Shown here: piece after piece, positions 16,390 through 25,590 of the stretch | How the letters are laid out: every line of letters starts with the position of its first letter | How positions within the stretch are numbered: the stretch's first letter is position 1 | Assembly (NCBI GenBank): GCA_035513495.1 | Contig: DATKCB010000306.1 | Span: 1 to 38,928 of the forward strand | Direction: 5' to 3' | Source: Planctomycetaceae bacterium | GTDB lineage: Bacteria > Planctomycetota > Planctomycetia > Planctomycetales > Planctomycetaceae | DNA: 38,928 nucleotides | Program-made: the position numbers and the translations under genes | Notes under the pieces: generated by a model | Seen by the model: the letters and a program-made list of their open reading frames with translations, nothing else | What the model was told of the DNA's origin: nothing | Database searches by the model: none

Positions 16390-18453
16390 TCAATCCCGGT
16401 CAATCACCAGTTCGCAGTCGGGGAGGCTGTCCAGAAACACCTGGCCGTAGCGTTTGGTTTTCACGCGCGGGTCGAGGATGACCACCTGGCCGGTGTCGGT
16501 CCGGGAGCGGATCAGGCGGCCGAACCCTTGTTTCAGTTTGATCACGGCTTCGGGGACCTGGTAGTCCATGAACGGATTGCCGCCCCGCTGTTTGATCGCT
16601 TCGACGCGGGCTTCGAGCAGCGGCTGGTCGGGAACGCTGAACGGGAGGCGGGTGATGATGACCGTCTGCAACGCGTCCCCGGGAACGTCGATCCCCTGCC
16701 AGAAGCTGTCGGCTCCGAACAGGACGCCTTTGGGATGTTTGACGAACCGTTCGAGAATCTGCGACCTGGAGAGTTCCTTCCCCTGGCAGAACAGTCCGTA
16801 GCCGTTCTGTTTCATCCAGCTCGCCATGCGGTCGGCACAGATGTCGAGCATCTTGTAGCTCGTGAAGAGTACGAACGCTCGTCCGGAGGTGACTTCGATA
16901 TACTTTTTGATCTTCTCGATCACCGCGTTGTTGAAGTCGTTTCCGGCTTGCGACGGGTCGGGCATCTCGGGAGCGATCACGAGCCGGGCCTGCGTCTTGT
17001 AATCGAACGGGCTGCCGAGTTTCTTCTCCTGACCGGTGAGGAGACCGAGCCGCTGGCGGGCGAAGTCGAAGTTGTCAGCACCGACGGCGAGCGTGGCCGA
17101 GGTGAGGACGACCGTATCGACCATATCGAACAGTTCCTTGCGGAGGACCGGACCGACATTGATCGGCGAACTGGTCAGCTTGATGCGGTCGCGATTGCGT
17201 CCGCTCCGTTCGACCCAGTAGACCGAATCTTCCTGCGACTGTTCGAGCCAGTTTTCGAGACTGACCGCCAGGATCTGGCAGCGATCGGAAGCGGACTGCA
17301 GTTCGATTTTTTCTTCGTCTTTCTCCAGCGCATCGGCCTGTCTGCCGATCGCTGCCGAGAGTTGTCGCAGCTCGGGGCTGAGGATGTTCTGGACGGCGGG
17401 GCGTCCGCGGACGCGGCCATTTTCGGGAGCGTTCCGCTTGAGCCATTGGTCGAGCGCATAAAAAAAATCGGTCATCCGGAAGCGGAGTTCGGTGACGAGT
17501 TGCTGGCACTCTTCCAGTTTGTATTGAATCAGGAGCCCCTTTTGAGATCGGTCGTTATACAAGCGATTGAACAGGTAATCGAGTTGTCCGTTCGAGATCG
17601 CGATACCGAGGTGATCCCCGGCGACCGCTTCGACAGTATGCGCTTCGTCGAGAATCACGACGTCGTAATCGGGCAGAATGTTCGCTCCTTCGCGGCGCAG
17701 GGCGAGATCAGAGAAAAAGAGTGCGTGATTGACCACGAGCATATCGGCGTTCCAGACGCGGTTGCGGGCTTTGTAATAAAAGCATTGCTGGTGAGTGGGG
17801 CATTTTTTGCCGAGACAGTTTCCGTGCTCGCTTTGAACTTCGTCCCAAACGGTCGACAGCGGACGGAACGGGAGATCGGAACGACTGCCGTCGGTCGTCG
17901 TACCGGCCCAGTCCCGAATGTCACGGATCTGCCGCTGTTCGATGGCCTCAGCAAACAGCGCACCGGAAACCTCAACAGCCCGCTGCATTCTTCGCAGGCT
18001 GATGTAATTCGAACGTCCCTTGACCAGAACCGCCGAGAATTCGAGCGGCAGAACGGCGTTCAGGAAGGGGATGTCCTTGGAGATGAGTTGTTCCTGAAGA
18101 CTGATTGTATGCGTAGAAACGACGATCCGGATCCGTTTGCCGTTCGGATTCTTTTTCGTGGACGCGGCGAGAATTGCGGGGACGAGATAAGCGAAACTTT
18201 TGCCGACCCCCGTACCGGCTTCGACGATCAGGTGTTGCCGGTTGGCGATCGCATGCTCGACGGCTTCGGCCATTTCGAGTTGTTCGGGGCGAAACTCGTA
18301 GCGGTCGAGCCGCGCGGCGATACGCCCTTCTTCCCCCAGCACAGATCGAGCGGTCAGCGTCACGGGACATCCTTGTGGCAAATCGAGATCGAATCGAGAA
18401 ATCCCCCGAGGCATCCGGAGGGGGATCGATGGGGAATGAAATCCGGCAGTCAT
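16390..18453 (-). CDS. dinG: DinG/Rad3-family ATP-dependent DNA helicase
   Basis: It has [13 protein letters not shown] (motif I) and VILDEAH (DEAH box), plus a C-x4-C-x5-C cluster ([12 protein letters not shown]) consistent with an Fe-S domain. C-terminal helicase motifs include TSATL and GQGIDVPG-like FWQGIDVPG. The start is uncertain (ATG at 18453 or 18414); the track start at 18522 overlaps the upstream gene. Confidence 0.85.
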   Translation of the reverse strand: MTAGFHSPSIPLRMPRGISRFDLDLPQGCPVTLTARSVLGEEGRIAARLDRYEFRPEQLEMAEAVEHAIANRQHLIVEAGTGVGKSFAYLVPAILAASTKKNPNGKRIRIVVSTHTISLQEQLISKDIPFLNAVLPLEFSAVLVKGRSNYISLRRMQRAVEVSGALFAEAIEQRQIRDIRDWAGTTTDGSRSDLPFRPLSTVWDEVQSEHGNCLGKKCPTHQQCFYYKARNRVWNADMLVVNHALFFSDLALRREGANILPDYDVVILDEAHTVEAVAGDHLGIAISNGQLDYLFNRLYNDRSQKGLLIQYKLEECQQLVTELRFRMTDFFYALDQWLKRNAPENGRVRGRPAVQNILSPELRQLSAAIGRQADALEKDEEKIELQSASDRCQILAVSLENWLEQSQEDSVYWVERSGRNRDRIKLTSSPINVGPVLRKELFDMVDTVVLTSATLAVGADNFDFARQRLGLLTGQEKKLGSPFDYKTQARLVIAPEMPDPSQAGNDFNNAVIEKIKKYIEVTSGRAFVLFTSYKMLDICADRMASWMKQNGYGLFCQGKELSRSQILERFVKHPKGVLFGADSFWQGIDVPGDALQTVIITRLPFSVPDQPLLEARVEAIKQRGGNPFMDYQVPEAVIKLKQGFGRLIRSRTDTGQVVILDPRVKTKRYGQVFLDSLPDCELVIDRD

Positions 18454-18491
18454 CAGCACTGCAGTCTGCCGGAGGCCGAGCGAGAATGCAA

Positions 18492-20213
18492 TCAAGCCTG
18501 TCGATGCAGGCAGACGATGCACAGATCGTCTCGAAATTCGGAACTGCCGCAGAATCCTTCAACGGCGGTCAACACGTTTCGAACCAACGCTTCGGGTTCG
18601 GCGGGACCGGCGGCCAGACAGGATTTCAAGCGATTGATACCGAAGATTTCGTTCTGAGAATTTGCGGCTTCGTTGACCCCGTCGGTAAACAGCAGCAGCG
18701 ATTCACCCTTTTTGATAGCGAATTCACATTCTTCGTATTTCGAAACGGCGTCGACTCCGAGAGGGAGTCCGGCGATTTCATCGGTCATTTCCCTGACTTT
18801 TCCAGATGCCGAGCGCAAGAGAGGCATGAGATGCCCCGCGTTCGACATGCGTATCTTATGCGTTTTGGGATTGAGAATTCCCAGCGCGCAGGTGATGAAC
18901 CGATATCCGAGATTCCCTTCACAAAACTCTTCGTTCAGCAGGCACATGGCTTCGGCAACGCTCTCGCTCGCGAGCAGGTTGTGCCGCGTTGCGGAAAACA
19001 GCCGAGCCATTAGCAGGGCGGCCGCGACCCCTTTTCCAGCAACGTCGGCGATCGCAATTCCCAATTGTTTGCTGGGGAGACGAACGTAGTCGAAATAATC
19101 GCCACCGACGCTCTGTGCAGAAACGTAATGATCGAAAAATTGATACCCCGACGGTTGAGGCCGCTTTTTGGGAAGAAAACCCCGCTGGATCTGTTTGGCG
19201 TAATCGAGATCGCGTTGAATTTCGCGCTGCTTCGTTAAAACTTCGTGCATTTCCGAATTATCGACCGCCAGTGAAACCTGACAGGCGACCGATACGAACA
19301 GATCGAGATCCTGACTCGAAAACGATTGCGCGATCGAATGCGTGGCGAGTTGCAACACACCGAGTATCTGCTTCTCGGGTGTCAGCAGAGGGACGCACAT
19401 CAGCGAATGCATGGGGGTACCGACGATTGAAAGACTCGCGTCGAATCGCTCGTCGATCTGAACGTCTTCGCTCAGAATCGCCGTCTTCCGCCGGATCGCC
19501 TCCTGAACGATCGTCGCGCTGAATCGCTGCGGCTGACCCTTTCTTCGGGATTTCGCCGCCTGCCAGACCGACTTGCCGGTCTCTCTGTCGATCAAGATGG
19601 AGTATCCGACATCCGACTGAGGGAAAATCTTGAACAAGCTGTCCAGCGTCTTTTGCAAAGCCTTTCCGGTATCGAGCACTCCGCTCAGCGCCTGACCGAT
19701 TTCGATGATCCCGCGCAGCTTCGCTTCCGCGTTCACGTTGATCCGGAAATTCGAATCGATCTCCTCGCTGTCCGAGGACAACTCAGTAATGATCGACGAG
19801 TTGTCGAGTTCGTTCTCTGCGATCAGCGACATTCCCGACTCGGAAGTTCGCGTAATTCGAGTCTCTGAGGGCGAAGGATGACTCGGTGATTCGAGCAGTT
19901 CGACGCTCACCGATTCTCCGGGCTGATTCAGATGGATGCGAAGCACGATCTCACAGATATCCACTTCATCAGCATGGTGCAGCAAAGTCTCCTGTTGAAT
20001 CGCCCGCCCGTTCAGATACGTGCCGTTCCGGCTGCCCAGATCTTTCAGATAGTAGGCGTTGTTGCGGCGAATGATGGAAGCGTGATATCGGCTGACGGCC
20101 ACATTATCGAGCACAATCTGGCAGGAAGGATGCCTGCCGAGAATCATTTCGTTTCCGCTGAGATCGATGATCTGTCCGGGAGCGCTCCCTGAAACAATCT
20201 TGAGATAGGACAT
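18492..20213 (-). CDS. FHA-GAF-PP2C (SpoIIE/RsbU-type) serine phosphatase
   Basis: N-terminal FHA signature ([24 protein letters not shown]...SRNGTYLNG), a central GAF-like region, and C-terminal PP2C motifs [20 protein letters not shown] and FTDGVNEA. Confidence 0.85.
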   Translation of the reverse strand: MSYLKIVSGSAPGQIIDLSGNEMILGRHPSCQIVLDNVAVSRYHASIIRRNNAYYLKDLGSRNGTYLNGRAIQQETLLHHADEVDICEIVLRIHLNQPGESVSVELLESPSHPSPSETRITRTSESGMSLIAENELDNSSIITELSSDSEEIDSNFRINVNAEAKLRGIIEIGQALSGVLDTGKALQKTLDSLFKIFPQSDVGYSILIDRETGKSVWQAAKSRRKGQPQRFSATIVQEAIRRKTAILSEDVQIDERFDASLSIVGTPMHSLMCVPLLTPEKQILGVLQLATHSIAQSFSSQDLDLFVSVACQVSLAVDNSEMHEVLTKQREIQRDLDYAKQIQRGFLPKKRPQPSGYQFFDHYVSAQSVGGDYFDYVRLPSKQLGIAIADVAGKGVAAALLMARLFSATRHNLLASESVAEAMCLLNEEFCEGNLGYRFITCALGILNPKTHKIRMSNAGHLMPLLRSASGKVREMTDEIAGLPLGVDAVSKYEECEFAIKKGESLLLFTDGVNEAANSQNEIFGINRLKSCLAAGPAEPEALVRNVLTAVEGFCGSSEFRDDLCIVCLHRQA

Positions 20214-20255
20214 TCAATTCGAAGGTTTAAAAAAGACAGGTGGACATATCGTTCC

Positions 20256-20285
20256 ATCTTAGTGCGGGAAAGACAGCCAGGTCAA
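20256..20285 (-). promoter_or_regulatory. Candidate sigma70-like promoter upstream of the FHA-PP2C gene
   Basis: On the minus strand, TTGACC (20285-20280) is followed by an 18-nt spacer and TAAGAT (20261-20256). Confidence 0.25.
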
Positions 20286-20334
20286 ACGCGGAAAAAGGAA
20301 ATGCCGGAGGCCAAAATCTGATTCCTGCATCCTC

Positions 20335-21261
20335 CTATTGCACCAGCCCTTGGGTGAGTTGCATGAACGCGGTTTCGAGGTTGACCTCCTCTTCCCGGAA
20401 CAGCGTCAGATGAAAGCCTGCCCCGACAAGGAGGGAAGGGAGGAAACTGTAATCTTCGATTTCTTTTTTGAGCGTAGTCTCAATCGTCCCATTCTTGATA
20501 TCGAGTTTTTCGACTCCGTCGTGCGATTCGATCAGCCTGGCGGCTTCGTCGGTCCGTTCGCGGACTTCGATCTGCAGCATGATTCGCTGACGGGCTTTTT
20601 TCATCACTTCCGCGACGTATCCGTCGACAATCAAATTCCCTTTTTCGATCATGCCGACGCGAGTGCACACATCCGCCAGCTCGGGGAGAATGTGGCTCGA
20701 GACGATGATGGTTTTATTGAGTTCCCCGAGCCGTTTCAGCAGATTTCGAATTTCGATCCGGGCGCGCGGATCGAGTCCGCTGGCGGGTTCGTCGAGCAAC
20801 AGAACCTGGGGTTCGTGCAGGAGCACGCGGGCCAGTCCGATGCGTTGCGTCTGTCCGCGGGAAAGCTGGTTCACCATCGCATCGCGCTTGAAGGCCATAT
20901 CGACCAACTCGAGTTTTTCCTCGACGACTTTTCGGCGGGCAGGCCCGTCGATCCGGTACGTCGCCGCGAAAAATTCGAGATATTCGGTGACGGTCATGTC
21001 GTCGTACACGCCGAAGAAGTCCGGCATGAAACCGACGATCCGGCGGATTTCGCGGGCATCGGTGTAGATCGATTTACCGCAGACGTACGCTTCACCGTAA
21101 TCGGGATTCAGCAGCGTGGCGATCATTCGCATCGTGGTCGTCTTACCGGACCCATTGGGGCCGATGAAACCGAAAACGTCGCCTTCCTCGAGTTTCAGAT
21201 TGATCTGGTTGACGGCGATCAGGTCGCCGTAGCGCTTGGTGAGATTTCGTGTTTCGATCAT
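20335..21261 (-). CDS. ABC transporter ATP-binding protein (ABC-2/CcmA-like, with C-terminal extension)
   Basis: I chose the ATG at 21261 (MIETRNLTKRYG). It has Walker A GPNGSGKTT, signature LSRGQTQR and Walker B LLLDEPASGLD. The longer track ORF would overlap the upstream gene. Confidence 0.9.
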   Translation of the reverse strand: MIETRNLTKRYGDLIAVNQINLKLEEGDVFGFIGPNGSGKTTTMRMIATLLNPDYGEAYVCGKSIYTDAREIRRIVGFMPDFFGVYDDMTVTEYLEFFAATYRIDGPARRKVVEEKLELVDMAFKRDAMVNQLSRGQTQRIGLARVLLHEPQVLLLDEPASGLDPRARIEIRNLLKRLGELNKTIIVSSHILPELADVCTRVGMIEKGNLIVDGYVAEVMKKARQRIMLQIEVRERTDEAARLIESHDGVEKLDIKNGTIETTLKKEIEDYSFLPSLLVGAGFHLTLFREEEVNLETAFMQLTQGLVQ

Positions 21262-21284
21262 GATGGGAGGCGACCGTGCGGGTG

Positions 21285-23561
21285 TTAATCGTCGAGTTTG
21301 GGCAACTCTCGGCGAGTGTCCTGTTCGAGTGTCACAGGCAGATAAAAACGAACAATCACGGTCCGGTGACCGAGTGCGGCGGGCGAATCGTTCCAGGACC
21401 ATTCGACGGGCTGGGCGATGTCGGCGTCCAGGCGGCCGTAGAGTACGGCGTGTTGTTCGTCGAGCAAGCGGCTCCAGTCCAGATTACTTGAGGCGTGATT
21501 ATTCAGGCCGGTGTAGTTTTTCCCTCCCGCCGCTACATGAAACGAGAGGATTCTCAGAATCGTGTCGAGATCATTCGAAAAGGGATCGTAAGGGGATCGC
21601 TCGGTGACAATCTTTTCTTCGGGAGTCGCGTGTGAACCTTTCTTTTCCTGAACTCGAATCTGGCGGGTTTTTGTGAGGAATCCCTTGAGATCGCGACTGG
21701 CCGAGAGATCGGGCCTCGTCGGTTCGTGCAATCGGTTCGGTTCCAGAGGAACCCCCGTGGAATTCGCAATCGTCGGTCGAGGAAAATAAACGCGGCTTCG
21801 ATAAACCAGAATCCAATCGGTCAGCGGTCCGGGGAGATAATGAGTGAGGCTTCCGGACAAATTGCCGACCGTCGAAGCGGCCAGATCGCTTTCGACCAGT
21901 CTCTGGCCGGACAAATGCTGTTCCGCGGTCAAACTGCGAGTGGACCACTGAAAGACGGGGAGGTTCTCAATCTGTTGCAGATCGGAGGAAAATCGATAAT
22001 TGGTGGTGGAAAACTCCAGTCCCGATTTCCGATACAAACCTCGAAAACCATCTTCGGGAATCGAATCCCAATCGAGTTGAATCTTCGAAGCGGAGGGTGC
22101 GGCACCATCGTTTTCTTTCGGGTTCCATTCGTCGTAGACTCGGAACTCGGCAGTCACCGAAGCACGCTGCGTCGCGGGGCTGTAGGCGGACATACGGGAG
22201 CGAATCGTCACTCGCTGGAGCGATTCCTCAACATCGACGATGTCGATCTGATTGATCTGCAGCGGAGAACTGTTGGAGGTTTGCCCCGCCCACAAGCTGA
22301 CAGCCATCATGCCCAGCAACAGGAGGGGGAAAGTCACCCAGGTCAGTTCCGGTTTTTTGAGAATCCTGTGAACCAGCAGATAATCCAGCGGCCCGACGAT
22401 CAGCAGATAAATCGATAATGCACCGATGATCGTCCAGGTTGAACTGCGCTCGATTGCCGAAAAACTCTGTTGAGCCAGATTGACCTGAGTCTTCAGTTCC
22501 GAGATTCCGCTTTCCGTCAGGTGTTGATTCACCCGTTCGGGTTCGGAACCGGAAATCAGACTGGGTGGAAAAGCGAGCCGGCCGACAAACTCGGGAAGCG
22601 ACTGCCACTCGGAAAGCGGAGGGCGATGAAGTTCGAAACCGACCAGAGTCACGTGCCCGAATCCGTACGAAACTCGAGCGGCGATCGTACCGTCCAGCGA
22701 GTCGATCAGTTTGACGCCTCGATCGAACTCCAGCCGCGATGCTCGGAGCCGCGCCAATGGATTGATTCGATTCGAATGACTGGCAAAACTTTCGAGCGTA
22801 CTCAGATCGCGCAGTCGGATGGAACCGGTCACGCGCGCGGGAATCCACTTCGAGAATCCCGATTCAGAAAATGACTCGACGCCTCCGCCGATTGACAGAA
22901 CCAAGTCCCCTCCGCGGCCGATCCACTCTCGAATCGTCCGGATCTGCGATTCGGTGAACTCAAATTCCCCGCTGACCACCAGAACGCTCAGTGATTCCCA
23001 ATTCTGAAGTTCGACGGGAAGTGAATGGGGCGAAGTCAAAATTGCGATGCTGCGGGCAGCTTCCGAACCCGAGGACGGAGCCTTCCCGCTTTCGATCGCG
23101 GCCCGAATCGACTGGCCGAACTCGATTTCGGGACAGAGCACAGCAGCCAGACGTGTGTCGAGTTTTTTGAGAGCCGATGAACCCTCGGCAGAATCGGAAA
23201 ATCGATAGCTCGTCGATGCGATCGGGGTCTCTCCTTCAAACGCTTTGATCGCAATCGCGGAATTGAGTCTGCCCGGACGAACCGAAAGTTCGAATTCCCC
23301 GTCACTGCTCACAAGGATTCCCGCTTGCGGGACGATCGCAAATTGACCGTCCGCATCCGGGGCTGAGACCTCGAACCGCAGATTCCGGAGAACGGAATCG
23401 GTTGACAATTTGACCCTGAGGGGACTCCAACGTCCGAGAAATACTCGTCCATCCCACCCGACGCCTGTCACCGATAGTGAGGGTTCTGCTCCCGCAACAC
23501 AGGCAGACATCACGAACGCCGTCCACACAGCTAACAGTGCTCGTCGTGCAAAATGTGTCAT
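21285..23561 (-). CDS. Large envelope protein: signal peptide, two central TM helices, GATase1-like segment
   Basis: I chose the ATG at 23561 (MTHFARRALLAVWTAFVMSACVAGA). The TM helices are WTIIGALSIYLLIVGPLDYLLV and WVTFPLLLLGMMAVSLWAG. VVSGEFEFTESQIRTIREWIGRGGDLVL and SYGFGHVTLVGFEL resemble the GATase1-like motif of the 9724-11916 protein. Confidence 0.6.
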   Translation of the reverse strand: MTHFARRALLAVWTAFVMSACVAGAEPSLSVTGVGWDGRVFLGRWSPLRVKLSTDSVLRNLRFEVSAPDADGQFAIVPQAGILVSSDGEFELSVRPGRLNSAIAIKAFEGETPIASTSYRFSDSAEGSSALKKLDTRLAAVLCPEIEFGQSIRAAIESGKAPSSGSEAARSIAILTSPHSLPVELQNWESLSVLVVSGEFEFTESQIRTIREWIGRGGDLVLSIGGGVESFSESGFSKWIPARVTGSIRLRDLSTLESFASHSNRINPLARLRASRLEFDRGVKLIDSLDGTIAARVSYGFGHVTLVGFELHRPPLSEWQSLPEFVGRLAFPPSLISGSEPERVNQHLTESGISELKTQVNLAQQSFSAIERSSTWTIIGALSIYLLIVGPLDYLLVHRILKKPELTWVTFPLLLLGMMAVSLWAGQTSNSSPLQINQIDIVDVEESLQRVTIRSRMSAYSPATQRASVTAEFRVYDEWNPKENDGAAPSASKIQLDWDSIPEDGFRGLYRKSGLEFSTTNYRFSSDLQQIENLPVFQWSTRSLTAEQHLSGQRLVESDLAASTVGNLSGSLTHYLPGPLTDWILVYRSRVYFPRPTIANSTGVPLEPNRLHEPTRPDLSASRDLKGFLTKTRQIRVQEKKGSHATPEEKIVTERSPYDPFSNDLDTILRILSFHVAAGGKNYTGLNNHASSNLDWSRLLDEQHAVLYGRLDADIAQPVEWSWNDSPAALGHRTVIVRFYLPVTLEQDTRRELPKLDD

Positions 23562-23699
23562 AGGAGCGGACGTCGTGCAAAAAGTAATTCGGTTCGGGCT
23601 ATTATGCCCGTGACCGCGAGCGGACACAACGCGAAGCGGGTCGAGTCAGTTGTTCTACGAAACTCAACCGCAAAATCGCAAACGATTCTGAGGAGGAAC

Positions 23700-24467
23700 T
23701 TACTTTGGGGAGCAGAGTTCGGCCAGAATGACTGAGGTCCGTTCCAAGGCTTCCGCAGGAATCGTATGCGGTCCGGAAAACGGGAGGAATTCGGCCTCGA
23801 TACCGTTTTCGACAAACAATGAATGCAGGGCCTCGGCTGCGGAATAGGGGAGAATCGTGTCCGATCGTCCGTGACTTTGAAAGACTTTGAGGGTGGTCTT
23901 CTTCGACGCGAGATCCCGCCAGCGAGATTCGCAAAGTAGCGTTCCCGAATAGATCAGAAGGACTGCTGGTGTCGCAGCCCCGTGCAGAGCCACTTCGGTT
24001 GCCACCATTGATCCTTGAGAGAAACCTCCGAGTACCACTCGGTCGGGGGGCAAGCCCGTCTCGTTCAGAATCAATTCGACAGTTGCAGCGAGCGAGTCTC
24101 GGGCGGCTTCCAGACCTTCGGGCAAGACGTCTCGCTGATCGCGGGTGAGTTTTCCCTCTGCGGCAAGTTGCAACTGCCGTAAATCGAGCATCCACCAGGC
24201 ACGTGCACCCGGCATTCCGACAGATTCCAGCGAGAGCGGGGCTTCCGGAAAGTAGTAGCGAATTCCCGGGGAGACCGGTCCCAGCAGGGACGCCAGGTGC
24301 GGACCAAATGGAACGAGGTCGTCTCCAGGTGCTCCAAATCCATGACAAAAAATGACGACCAGATCGAGTTGATCGGGGTCGTTTCCGGGAGGATCGAACA
24401 CAGCGCATCTCAATCGTCCGATTGTCCGCACACTGATCGAGGAGCCCATTTTTAGTTCCGCTTGCAT
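23700..24467 (-). CDS. Alpha/beta hydrolase, phospholipase/carboxylesterase family
   Basis: It has FCHGFGAPGDDL, the nucleophile elbow GFSQGS and HGRSDTILP. Start is ATG at 24467 (alternative 24449); the track start at 24512 is TTG. Confidence 0.8.
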   Translation of the reverse strand: MQAELKMGSSISVRTIGRLRCAVFDPPGNDPDQLDLVVIFCHGFGAPGDDLVPFGPHLASLLGPVSPGIRYYFPEAPLSLESVGMPGARAWWMLDLRQLQLAAEGKLTRDQRDVLPEGLEAARDSLAATVELILNETGLPPDRVVLGGFSQGSMVATEVALHGAATPAVLLIYSGTLLCESRWRDLASKKTTLKVFQSHGRSDTILPYSAAEALHSLFVENGIEAEFLPFSGPHTIPAEALERTSVILAELCSPK

Positions 24468-24526
24468 GGATTGAGTGAATGAGTTGAATTCTACTGAAAG
24501 AAGCGCTATCAAAATGATGCACCTGT

Positions 24527-24542
24527 TATCAAATTGACAACA
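24527..24542 (+). promoter_or_regulatory. Exact 16-nt motif TATCAAATTGACAACA in the divergent intergenic region
   Basis: It is identical to the reverse complement of 154-169. The extended match CTGTTATCAAATT (24523-24535) recurs at 35051-63. It contains TTGACA. Confidence 0.6.
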
Positions 24543-24721
24543 CTTTCAAGACGTTGTGGTTCACCGCGGGAGCAAACTATTTTGTCATATCTTATTTGTA
24601 TGTCTGATTTTACAACATTTTGCAGGTTGTGGAAAGTGAGATGGCACACTCAATGCAACAGGTAAATTCCGTGGGATTGAGACGAACTATCACAATTTCT
24701 TCTGGGATGAAAGGGATTCAA

Positions 24722-25309
24722 ATGAAAGCCATCATGACTGCGTCACTGTTTGTTATGGGATTTGCTGTGAGTCAAGTCGAAGCTGGTCACGCGAACCAAG
24801 CCAACTGGTATGCTGCCGCGGTCGATAAAGAGGCGCATCACCTCGACGACGACATGCACAAAGCGTTTCCTCACTCTGTCGGCCTCCAGAAAAAAGTTCA
24901 CCGATTCACGGCGTTGGCTCACACCACCCAAAAATTGGTCCTGCACCGCCAGAACTTGTCTCTGGCTGAATACAACATCGATCTGATGCAACAGACACTG
25001 GGCAGTCTCCATGCGGACCTCCATTTGATTGCCAGCAAACAATCGCCGTTTCAGAAACAGAAAACGATCCACTTACTGAAAGTTGTTCATCAATTAGAAT
25101 CCTACCTCGACAGACTGGAAGACGAAGTTCACGAACTGAATCACGTTACGATTCTGCCACACCCGTATCACGGGTACGGTCACTTTCACGGCTACGGCAA
25201 CAATCACGGCTACGGCAACAATCACGGCTATGGCAACAATCACGTCGTGATCAGACCGGCGGGCATCCACGTCCACAAGGGGGGTTTCAATCTGAATCTT
25301 CCCTTCTGA
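24722..25309 (+). CDS. Secreted histidine-rich helical protein with C-terminal HGYGNN repeats
   Basis: It starts MKAIMTASLFVMGFAVSQVEA (signal-like; alternative ATG at 24707). I count about 23 His. The tail reads HGYGHFHGYGNNHGYGNNHGYGNNH. Confidence 0.7.
   Translation: MKAIMTASLFVMGFAVSQVEAGHANQANWYAAAVDKEAHHLDDDMHKAFPHSVGLQKKVHRFTALAHTTQKLVLHRQNLSLAEYNIDLMQQTLGSLHADLHLIASKQSPFQKQKTIHLLKVVHQLESYLDRLEDEVHELNHVTILPHPYHGYGHFHGYGNNHGYGNNHGYGNNHVVIRPAGIHVHKGGFNLNLPF
25169..25243 (+). repeat. 18-nt in-frame tandem repeat (CACGGCTACGGCAACAAT x3 plus one degenerate unit)
   Basis: Units are at 25169-25186 (degenerate), 25187-25204, 25205-25222 and 25223-25240 (one C>T change). They encode HGYGNN. 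Confidence 0.9.
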
Positions 25310-25385
25310 TTTCCCGGAACCGGCTCAGCCCCACGCACGCCGAAACCGTTTATCATAGATCGCGAGCCTCGCTCGCAACTCACCT

Positions 25386-25422
25386 CCCGCTTCCAGATTT
25401 CTGGAAGCGGGTTTTTTATTTT
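25386..25422 (+). terminator. Rho-independent terminator after the His-rich gene
   Basis: An 11-bp stem, CCCGCTTCCAG (25386-25396) with CTGGAAGCGGG (25401-25411), has a 4-nt loop and is followed by TTTTTTATTTT. Confidence 0.8.
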
Positions 25423-25590
25423 CAGCGGAGACTCGGGCTGCATCAATGGAGCTATTTCTCTTCGAATCGAGACTGTTGAACTTGCCGCGAAGTGTGTCTG
25501 AGAGGATGATCGAGTCGAACAGTGAAATCACTCGGGGAAACGCGGCAGATTTCGGATGGTTCGAGGATGGGATCAGACACTCAATTCTCC

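Noticed and set aside
16102-18657. 851-aa + strand ORF, the longest ORF in this part of the window
   Set aside because: It lies entirely antisense to the DinG-like helicase gene, whose minus-strand frame carries clear helicase motifs (GTGVGKS, DEAH, C-x4-C-x5-C). The + frame product is low-complexity (D/E/R/G/F-rich) with no recognisable motif. Long antisense ORFs are a known artefact of codon bias in GC-rich genes.
21262-21402. N-terminal 47-aa extension of the ABC ATPase ORF
   Set aside because: It would overlap the 3' end of the upstream 758-aa gene. ABC ATPases typically begin a few residues before the I/L-x-x-x-L-x-K-x-Y/F-G segment, which matches the ATG at 21261.
23602-24522. 306-aa minus-strand ORF overlapping the hydrolase gene
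   Set aside because: It is an alternative frame of 23700-24467. The product is Arg/Ser-rich and has no motifs, whereas the chosen frame has the GFSQGS nucleophile elbow.
24527-24539. IHF binding site (consensus WATCAANNNNTTR) in TATCAAATTGACA
   Set aside because: Only the WATCAA half matches. The TTR element at the required spacing is absent in all copies.
154-24542. The 16-bp perfect inverted repeats read as terminal inverted repeats of a 24-kb composite transposon
   Set aside because: There is no transposase, integrase or recombinase in the interval, and the cargo is housekeeping-like (MoxR cluster, DinG). I saw no flanking direct repeats. Extra copies at 97-115 and 35051-35063 fit a regulatory motif better. 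An ancient inversion mediated by the repeats cannot be excluded without comparative data.
25169-25243. Tandem 18-nt repeats as a possible CRISPR or minisatellite
   Set aside because: The units are contiguous with no spacers, in frame, and lie inside a coding region (HGYGNN), so this is a coding tandem repeat and not a CRISPR.
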